A stretch of 64,000 nt of DNA from a bacterium. GTDB lineage: Bacteria; JAHJDO01. The notes under the pieces were generated by a model. It was not told the origin of the DNA. It did not search any database and saw nothing but the letters and a program-made list of their open reading frames with translations. The DNA lies in contig JBDRTG010000043.1 of assembly GCA_043824255.1 (NCBI GenBank), forward strand, positions 1-64,000. Reading direction: 5' to 3'. The translations under genes were made by a program, and so were the position numbers. Shown piece by piece: positions 49,216-57,100 of this stretch (within the stretch, counting starts at the first letter, position 1; each line of letters opens with the position of its first letter).

Positions 49216-50040
49216 ATGAAAATTTATATAATGACTGATTTGGAAGGAGTTGCTGGGATTCTTAATTTTGAGGAGTGGTGTAGTCCTGAATCTAGATATT
49301 ATGAGCTTGCAAAGGAATTTTTAACGATGGAAGTAAATGCAGCTGTTAGTGGATTTCTTGAAGATGGAAACAAGGAAATAGTGGTAGCAGACGGACACGG
49401 ACCCGGAGCAATTAATCCGAAGCTTCTGGATTCACGGGTTATGCTTATGAGAGGCTGGCCAACTGGATTCCCATATGGATTAGATAAGTCATATGATTGG
49501 GTTGCATGGGTTGGACAACATGCAAAAGCAGGAACCGAATATGCGCATCTACCACATACAAGTAGTTTTCGACGTCTTGATTTATCAGTAAACGGTATAT
49601 CTATTGGAGAATTCGGTTACTTTGCCATATGTGCCAGCGAGCTTGGAGTGAGATCTATATTTGCTTCAGGAGATGAGGCTTTTACAAAAGAGGCAGAAAA
49701 ACTTGTTCCAGGAATTGAGACAGTAAGTGTTAAAAAGGGAACAACACCAGGCAAAGGCGATGATCTGCCTACAGAAGCATACGGGAAACGTAATCTAGGA
49801 GCAATTCATTTTCATCCTGATAAGGCATGCAAGCTCATTAAAAAGGGGGCGTTAAAAGCCATAAAACGCGCGCAGACTGAAGAATTCGGATTGATAAAAT
49901 TAAAATCTCCGTTTAAACGCACATCAACATTTCGCTCGAACCAAAATAAGCCAAAAACTATTTCGGTTGAGACTCATCCATCAAGCGTTATTGATTTAAT
50001 GAATATGCCATACAATGCAAAGCCAGTGATAGATGGATAG
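49216..50040 (+). CDS. M55 family metallopeptidase (DppA-like D-aminopeptidase)
   Basis: MKIYIMTDLEGVAG, EVNAA, DGHG, GQHAKAG...HT, GE, SGD. Confidence 0.9.
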   Translation: MKIYIMTDLEGVAGILNFEEWCSPESRYYELAKEFLTMEVNAAVSGFLEDGNKEIVVADGHGPGAINPKLLDSRVMLMRGWPTGFPYGLDKSYDWVAWVGQHAKAGTEYAHLPHTSSFRRLDLSVNGISIGEFGYFAICASELGVRSIFASGDEAFTKEAEKLVPGIETVSVKKGTTPGKGDDLPTEAYGKRNLGAIHFHPDKACKLIKKGALKAIKRAQTEEFGLIKLKSPFKRTSTFRSNQNKPKTISVETHPSSVIDLMNMPYNAKPVIDG

Positions 50041-50049
50041 TAATTGATG

Positions 50050-52185
50050 CTATTCATTCCTCAAATTCGCATATTTAACTAATAAGGTTTTTCTAATATT
50101 TCCCTTCCAGAAATGAACTGTAAGCTTTGTCCTATCTCCCTGCCCGGTTTTACTAACAACTGTTCCTCGTCCCCATTTTGTATGCATAATTCTCTGTCCA
50201 ACCTTGTATGCGCAAGTATCGTCTTCTAAGCTTTCATATCTTAAACTATTATCTATGGAATTATTTAACGCAGTTCTTTTATATGTTTTAACCAATAAAT
50301 TGTCGGGAATTTCGTCTATAAATCTTGATGTTACGGTATTTCTCCATATACCGTGAATTCTTCTTCTTAGAGCTGATGAAAGATGCAGCTTTTCTTTCGC
50401 TCTTGTCATACCTACATAGCAAAGACGCCTTTCTTCTTCAAGATCACTAGTCTCAAGTGAAGAATTTATATGCGGGAAAATATCCTCTTCCATTCCTGCC
50501 ATAAAACAAACCGGGAATTCTAATCCCTTAGCGCCATGGACAGTCATTAATGTAATTGCATTACTTTCGGAATCCCAGTTATCAATATTAGATAGAAGCG
50601 CAACCTGATCTAAAAAATCTTTAAGTCTCGGATTCTGTGTGTTTTCCTCATATTCTGCAATTGCAGAAACAACCCCAAACACATTCTCCTCTCTTTCATG
50701 CGCAGTGACTGGGTCTATACCATGGAGATAGTCTGTATAATTTATCTCTGCTATTAGATCTCTCGCCATTTTAGTAATGCTTCCTTTAAAACTCTGATAT
50801 TTTTTAATAATATTCACAAACGTTTTTATCTTATTTCTTGTCCGCAAAGTTATATCAGAAACGTTATCAATCCTATCCAAAAGACTGAATATAGATAATT
50901 TCATTTCACTTGCATGCTTCGTCAACTTTTTTAACGTTGTGTCTCCAATGCCTCTTGGAGGTAGATTGATAATTCTTTTTATGCTAATCAAGTCATCTTG
51001 GTTTGATATTACTCTCAAATAACCAAGTATATCCTTAACTTCCGCTCTATCATAAAATCTTACTCCGCCAATTATTTTATATGGTATGCTTTCGCGTCTG
51101 AAACTATCTTCAAGCAGTCTTGATAATGCATGTACACGATAGAATATTGCAATATCCTTATAGGTTTTATTATTCATAAGCAAATTTTTTATCTGCTCTG
51201 AGATAAACTTTGCTTCTTCAATTTCGTCATATGCCTGGTAATATATTGGATTAGCTCCTTTAAGATTACGAGTCCACAAATTTTTTTCTTTTCTATTTGT
51301 GTTATTTTTAATCACACTATTTGCCGCAGATAAAATTGCCTGTGTTGAACGATAATTCTCCTCAAGCTTTATTATCTTAGCTCCTGCAAAATCCCTTTCA
51401 AAATTCATGATATTAGAAATATCTGCTCCACGCCATTTATATATTGATTGATCAGGATCCCCTACAACAGATATGCTTTCGCATCCAGCAGAAAGAAGCC
51501 GGATTAGTTCATATTGGGCATGGTTTGTGTCCTGATATTCATCAACAAAAATATGCCGGAATTTATCATGATATTTATCTAAAATATCAGGGAAGTCATT
51601 AAATATTCTAACTGTATCCATTATAAGATCCCCGAAATCAAGAGCTTTTATTTCTCTAAGACTAGTTTGGTATTCTTTATAGATATCAGCAACTTTTCTA
51701 TCGTAAAAATTCCCGCAAAATTCGCTATATTCATCAACATCAAGGAGATTATCCTTGGCTCTGCTTATCTTTTCCAGAACGACTTTAGCCCGAAATTGTT
51801 TATCGCTTAGATTCAATTTCTTAATACATTCCTTTATGAGTTTAGTTTGGTCTGTTTCATCATATATTATGAAATCCGGCACTGTCTTTTCACTCTTCAG
51901 AATTCTAAGACAGACAGAGTGAAATGTACCTATCCACAATCCCCTTTCAAAGGATTCGGATACAAGAGAGCTGATGCGTTTACGCATTTCCTCTGCAGCC
52001 TTATTTGTAAATGTTACTGCTATCATAGCGTTAGAGCGTACTCCTTCCTTAATAAAGTATGCAATCCTATGGGTCAGTACGCGTGTCTTGCCGCTGCCGG
52101 CCCCAGCCAGTATAAGAAGCGGAGCTTTATGATATACAACAGCTTCTTTTTGAGCAGGATTTAAGGAACGCAAGATTGTATCCAT
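50050..52185 (-). CDS. pcrA: ATP-dependent DNA helicase PcrA/UvrD
   Basis: LAGAGSGKT, VDEYQDTN, GDPDQSIY.WRGA, NYRS, HGAKGLEF, EERRLCYVGMTRA; start at ATG 52185 (MDTIL). Confidence 0.96.
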   Translation of the reverse strand: MDTILRSLNPAQKEAVVYHKAPLLILAGAGSGKTRVLTHRIAYFIKEGVRSNAMIAVTFTNKAAEEMRKRISSLVSESFERGLWIGTFHSVCLRILKSEKTVPDFIIYDETDQTKLIKECIKKLNLSDKQFRAKVVLEKISRAKDNLLDVDEYSEFCGNFYDRKVADIYKEYQTSLREIKALDFGDLIMDTVRIFNDFPDILDKYHDKFRHIFVDEYQDTNHAQYELIRLLSAGCESISVVGDPDQSIYKWRGADISNIMNFERDFAGAKIIKLEENYRSTQAILSAANSVIKNNTNRKEKNLWTRNLKGANPIYYQAYDEIEEAKFISEQIKNLLMNNKTYKDIAIFYRVHALSRLLEDSFRRESIPYKIIGGVRFYDRAEVKDILGYLRVISNQDDLISIKRIINLPPRGIGDTTLKKLTKHASEMKLSIFSLLDRIDNVSDITLRTRNKIKTFVNIIKKYQSFKGSITKMARDLIAEINYTDYLHGIDPVTAHEREENVFGVVSAIAEYEENTQNPRLKDFLDQVALLSNIDNWDSESNAITLMTVHGAKGLEFPVCFMAGMEEDIFPHINSSLETSDLEEERRLCYVGMTRAKEKLHLSSALRRRIHGIWRNTVTSRFIDEIPDNLLVKTYKRTALNNSIDNSLRYESLEDDTCAYKVGQRIMHTKWGRGTVVSKTGQGDRTKLTVHFWKGNIRKTLLVKYANLRNE

Positions 52186-52192
52186 ATGCCTG

Positions 52193-52245
52193 ATTCTACC
52201 AATGCTGCAAAGAATTTGCAAAAACAATTACTTGTGTGTTATGTT
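52193..52245. promoter_or_regulatory. Divergent promoters sharing the palindromic -35 TTGCAA (52216-52221)
   Basis: Minus strand: TTGCAA-17-TAGAAT-7 nt-ATG (pcrA). Plus strand: TTGCAA-18-TATGTT-6 nt-ATG (yjbQ). Confidence 0.6.
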
Positions 52246-52251
52246 GATTTT

Positions 52252-52644
52252 ATGATTTTTGAATTATCTGTTAAGAGTCATAAGAGAGCGGAATTTATCA
52301 ATATTACTTCAGATATCGAAAACAAAGTTAAAGAATCTGGAATAAGCAGCGGGCTCTGTCATATATTTATCCCTCACACTACAGCTGGTGTTACTATAAA
52401 CGAAGGAGCTGATCCGGATGTTTTAAGGGATCTAGAATATGGTCTGGATAGATGTGTTCCTTATGATGGCAAGTATCGCCATATGGAGGGCAACTCCCCA
52501 GCTCATATAAAATCAAGTATAGTAGGCTGCAACAAAACAGTTTTTATAGATAATGGGCGCCTTGTGCTTGGAACATGGCAGTCTGTTTATTTCTGCGAAT
52601 TTGACGGGCCAAGAACAAGGAGAGTACTGGTTAAAATAAAATGA
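52252..52644 (+). CDS. yjbQ: YjbQ/UPF0047 family protein (secondary thiamine-phosphate synthase activity)
   Basis: PHTTAGVTINE..DPDV, HMEGNSPAHIKS, LGTWQ...EFDGPR. Confidence 0.92.
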   Translation: MIFELSVKSHKRAEFINITSDIENKVKESGISSGLCHIFIPHTTAGVTINEGADPDVLRDLEYGLDRCVPYDGKYRHMEGNSPAHIKSSIVGCNKTVFIDNGRLVLGTWQSVYFCEFDGPRTRRVLVKIK

Positions 52645-53222
52645 CAAATTTAAGATTTCGGATTTTTCTTTTTTGTCTGTGCTTTTTATTGTCTGGCGTA
52701 TTTATCTCCGGATGTTCCACACGAAGGGGTCTTATCAGAAATTCATATAAGCCGGATGCAAAACTTTATATAAACCCATGTGTTAAGCTCAGAAATTATG
52801 AGATAGCATATATACAGACGCCAGAAAAAAACGGCGAAAATCTAACAGCGGACGACAGAATAATGCGGAACTATATAAAGGGGGAGATTGGTATGGCTTT
52901 TGAAAGAGCTGGTTTTTTCAAATCCGTTACATACGATAAAAAGATGCTAAACAAACCCAATGCGCTAAAAATTACATCCAATTTCACAGTTGATTATGGA
53001 AATCAGTTATGGAGATCTCATCTTGGATTTCTGGGTTTTGGTAAGACAAAAATTTTGCTGGAGATAAAATTAAAGGATGCAAAAACCAATACTATTCTCT
53101 CAAAATATAAAGACTCTCTAATAGGAACAGGTTGGCAATCTATAGCAGGCGGAGACCCAAAGTTCCTTATAAAAAAAGGCATAAGAAAAATAGTCAGATC
53201 TTATGTTGATCTATTACAATAA
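52641..53222 (+). CDS. Lipoprotein, DUF4410-like
   Basis: Lipobox ISGC; GNQLWR..LGFLGFG...EIKLKD. Confidence 0.6.
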   Translation: MTNLRFRIFLFCLCFLLSGVFISGCSTRRGLIRNSYKPDAKLYINPCVKLRNYEIAYIQTPEKNGENLTADDRIMRNYIKGEIGMAFERAGFFKSVTYDKKMLNKPNALKITSNFTVDYGNQLWRSHLGFLGFGKTKILLEIKLKDAKTNTILSKYKDSLIGTGWQSIAGGDPKFLIKKGIRKIVRSYVDLLQ

Positions 53223-54042
53223 AATTCCTCTGCCTGCGGTACTGAAGGGGACTAACACCTGTGATCTTTCTGAAAATCCTGCAAAAGTAATTTGCTGAGT
53301 TGAAACCGGTTTCGCCTGCAATACCCTTTACGGTTGATGTGGTTGTTCTCAATAAGTAAGAGGCCTCCTGTACTCTGTTCTTCTGGAGCAGATCAAAAGG
53401 AGAAATACCGTAGTATTTTTTAAAAAGACGGCTGAAATGCTCTCTTGAATAATCAAAACGTGCTGCTATCTGTTCCACTCCGATTGGTTCCATATAATGC
53501 TCTGCCATAAAGACTGCAGCATTATTAATAGCCATTTTCTGGCTTTTCTGAACAGACGGATAGTTTAAAAACCTCAATATTGACATCATGAGCCGATAGA
53601 TGAGTTCTGAGGAAGTATATCTGTTAAATATGCGATGTTTTTTATATCTTTCCTGTAGATTGCAAAGGATGCTTATTGGTTCACTATCTTTAGGAAAATG
53701 AACTACAGAACCAAATTTTTTCCTGATGGAATTCCATATCTTGTCTGCGTATTCTCCAGTAAATGCGATCCATATAAATTCCCATGGAATTTTTCCTCCT
53801 GGGAACCGATACCGATGATCGCTTGGAACAGACAGCAGCATTGCATGTTCTGCAGGCACCGGGAAGGAACCTTTGGGATCTTCATAAAGCCCTTCTCCTG
53901 AAACTGTATATTGCATGATACAGAGAAGGTTGTCACTTCTCTTTAATCCATGCCAGTCATAGTTGGTAGTTGATTGAATCTCATGTCCTGCGCAAAGAAG
54001 ACGACATAGTAATTGGTTATCTGTTAATATATCTTTTTTCAT
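53194..54042 (-). CDS. AraC family transcriptional regulator
   Basis: Cupin-like sensor (SGEG, HRY, WEFIWIAF) plus double HTH (SREHFSRLFKK...GFNSANYFCRIFRK.TGVSP..YR). Confidence 0.95.
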   Translation of the reverse strand: MKKDILTDNQLLCRLLCAGHEIQSTTNYDWHGLKRSDNLLCIMQYTVSGEGLYEDPKGSFPVPAEHAMLLSVPSDHRYRFPGGKIPWEFIWIAFTGEYADKIWNSIRKKFGSVVHFPKDSEPISILCNLQERYKKHRIFNRYTSSELIYRLMMSILRFLNYPSVQKSQKMAINNAAVFMAEHYMEPIGVEQIAARFDYSREHFSRLFKKYYGISPFDLLQKNRVQEASYLLRTTTSTVKGIAGETGFNSANYFCRIFRKITGVSPLQYRRQRNFIVIDQHKI

Positions 54043-54102
54043 ATCACAAAAATACCATTATTTATCACAATCTTAATATTTACAGTCATCTAATTTTATA
54101 AT
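54042..54102 (+). promoter_or_regulatory. Putative AraC-type binding half-sites and -10 of the giant-protein operon
   Basis: TATCACAA at 54042 and 54063 (21-nt spacing), then TATAAT at 54097-54102. Confidence 0.55.
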
Positions 54103-54191
54103 ATTATGAAACTAAATAATAGCATAATAATGCTATTAGGAGAAGAAACTCATGTGGGTTGCCAAAAAAACAATAAAAATGGAGGTGTGAT

Positions 54192-57100
54192 ATGAGAAGA
54201 GGAATGTATATGAGAGTAGTTATTCTGTTTTGTTTAGGTTTGTTATTATTATCCGGCTTCGGGTTAAGTCAGTTGCAGGCTGAAGATAATGCCATTATGT
54301 GTTTTGAGACAGGCTGGAGTGATTTCGGCAACTCCAGAGCGCTTGAACGATTTAAAGAGGCTAAATGTCATTTCAATTATCCTAATATAATACATTGGGG
54401 GTGGGTAAGTGGTCAGGATATAGATTATACCCAAAAGGTTGAACCAGAACTTCTCTTGAAGGATAATTTTCGCCTTAACTATTTATATCAAAATCATATT
54501 CAAATAATTGCAAGGTTGATGGCTGTTTTTGCCAACCCGTTCTCCTTTCAAATCAGTCCATCTATGAGGACGGCAAATCTTACCTTTGACCAATGGCGGG
54601 AACTATGGCTGGAGAATTATGCAAAACCTCTCGTACAATCATGTTACGAAAATGGTATCTATATTATAGATTTAACTCAGGAAGTTTGTTGGTATGACCA
54701 TTCCTGGCTGGGGCCAAAGGGCCCCTTCAGGGATGACGATACGTGGCATCCTTTTACTACTCTAAATAGTGCAATTTATGATCCTAATCTGACAGTAGGC
54801 GAATTTAAACCAAAATTTCATGATACCATGCAGAGATTATACACATGGAAAAACGCCAATTTTCCAAAAGTAATTTTCGGGTCTTCCATGTCTGTCTTTA
54901 CAACTGTGGGTGATGCGGCCAAATTGACGACGTATTTAAATGATTGCATAGACTGGATGGGGACAGATGTTGCCGGACATATAAATTATCAGCCAGATCC
55001 GGCCTATCCGTGTGGCACATGGGAAGATCATTATCTTCATACCTTTGTCCCTGTTATTGAGGATCCAACCAGCGTCTCGTGGGCAACTGCTATTTTTGAA
55101 TCCTATGGCTGGAAAAATGGCTCAGAAGATTATTATGGCCCTCCAGGCACGCCTTATGCAGATAAAAAATGCTATTCTTACGGGTCTTTTCAGGATGCAA
55201 TGGACACAGTTGTTGCGTACGACGGTGGAAATAACTACTTAAAATTGCTAATAAATTCAAGCTGGGTTGCCAAGTTTTCGGAGTGTTATACGCATAATAA
55301 TCCTTGCACCCCTTTGAGTTATGCTAATGACTTAGGCGCTCTCCCGCCATGGGACCCTGCCCAACTTCCATTCCCTTATAATTATACTTTGGCTCCTATC
55401 TATAACCGCTGGGGAGATACAGCGCCGCATCCTTCAGATGATCCAATATATAGTTCATTTGCATACATCCGCGATGTAATGCATGCGGATTCCAACACAT
55501 ACTGGGACAACTCTCCAAGCACTCCTTTAGTAGTAAACCGGGAGGATATTAGAGTTATTCCTGATGAAGGGAAAATATATATTCGTATGCGCAATCTTTG
55601 TGCTCCAGACGCTATTTCTTCCAATATTCATGTATATCAGACTCCTCAAGGGGTGACCCCGTGGGATCGTTCAACGTATATAAAGGCTACTCCTGAAAAC
55701 GTCAGGAATTCTCTCCAGCAGGCTTATGAGATAGCCTTTATTCCGGCAGGTTCTTTCAGTGTGCCGGGTAATGGTAATCTGGATACAGAAAATAATGTCG
55801 TTGAACTTGAAGTGTCTTCTTCTGTCCCGTTAGAAAATGGCAAGGATATCCATGTGTATATTGAAGATTCAGATACTGTTAAAGGATGGACAGCATACAA
55901 TGATATACCTGTATGCAATAATTTCGATATAGATGGGAATGGATATTATAAATTTGACTTTTATCCAGCTGGAATCTCTATTGGCAATATCTATCTCCGT
56001 GCTCGGGCAAGGGATATATTCGGGGCTTGCTCAAAATATACAGATGCATTGGAAGTAGAAAAACAATATAAACTAAATCTAACCTGTAATGCCTCTGATA
56101 ACGATGGTATCAATGAGATAGAGTATCAGTATTCAGATGATGGTATAACCTGGTATGATGTTTCAAGGCAAAACTATTATTGTCTGACAGCAAATGATAA
56201 AGAGTTTAAGCGAAATTCGCGCTTTGCCCCGGATACTACGGATATGGGGCATTATCCGGTTATAGAGAGCGTTAGTGGAACGCCACTCAAAGGTGTAGTG
56301 CCGCTTTCAGTTAATTTTAATGTTGTGGCTTCTGATCCAGTAGGAACAATTACCTCAATCGAATGGGATTTTAATAGAGATGGGACAATCGATGCTACAG
56401 GAGAGTCAGTAAGCTGGACGTTCACACAGGTAGGGGTATATAATTCTCTTGTTAAAGTCACGAATAATGAAACTTTCAGCAGTTTTGGAGAGATCGAGGT
56501 TGAAGCACTTGATGGCTCTCCTATTGCAGAAATAAGTGCCGACCCGGAGAGTGGTAGTGCTCCATTAACTGTTCAATTTCAAGGGAGTGGAATAGACTAT
56601 GATGGGACAATAGTATCTTATGAATGGGATTTTACAAGTGATGGAGTAATTGACTCCACACAACAGAATCCAACCTTTATATACACTCAAATTGGGAATT
56701 ATACAGCTCGTTTGACTGTAACTGATAATTCCAGTCTCATTGGTTCTGCTACTGTCAGTATAAAAGCTGTAGACCCAGGCGCAGTTGCCTCATGCACTAT
56801 CATTGCATCCATTACAGAAGGTGATGCGCCATTGAGTGTAGATTTTTCTGCTGATATCAGCGGAGGTACTGTGTCTTCTTATGCGTGGGATTTTGATAAT
56901 AATGGCGTGATTGACTCGACAGAAGCGGCGCCATCCTATGAATATACTTCATCCCGCCTTTATACTGCAAAATTGACTGTAACAGACACGACAAGTCATG
57001 AAGTTACAGATTATGAGTATATTGTAGTTAAAGCTGTAGGATTGCCAGTGGCTGATTTTACGTTTTCTCCTGATGGAGGCGTTGCACCGCTTGAAGTGAG

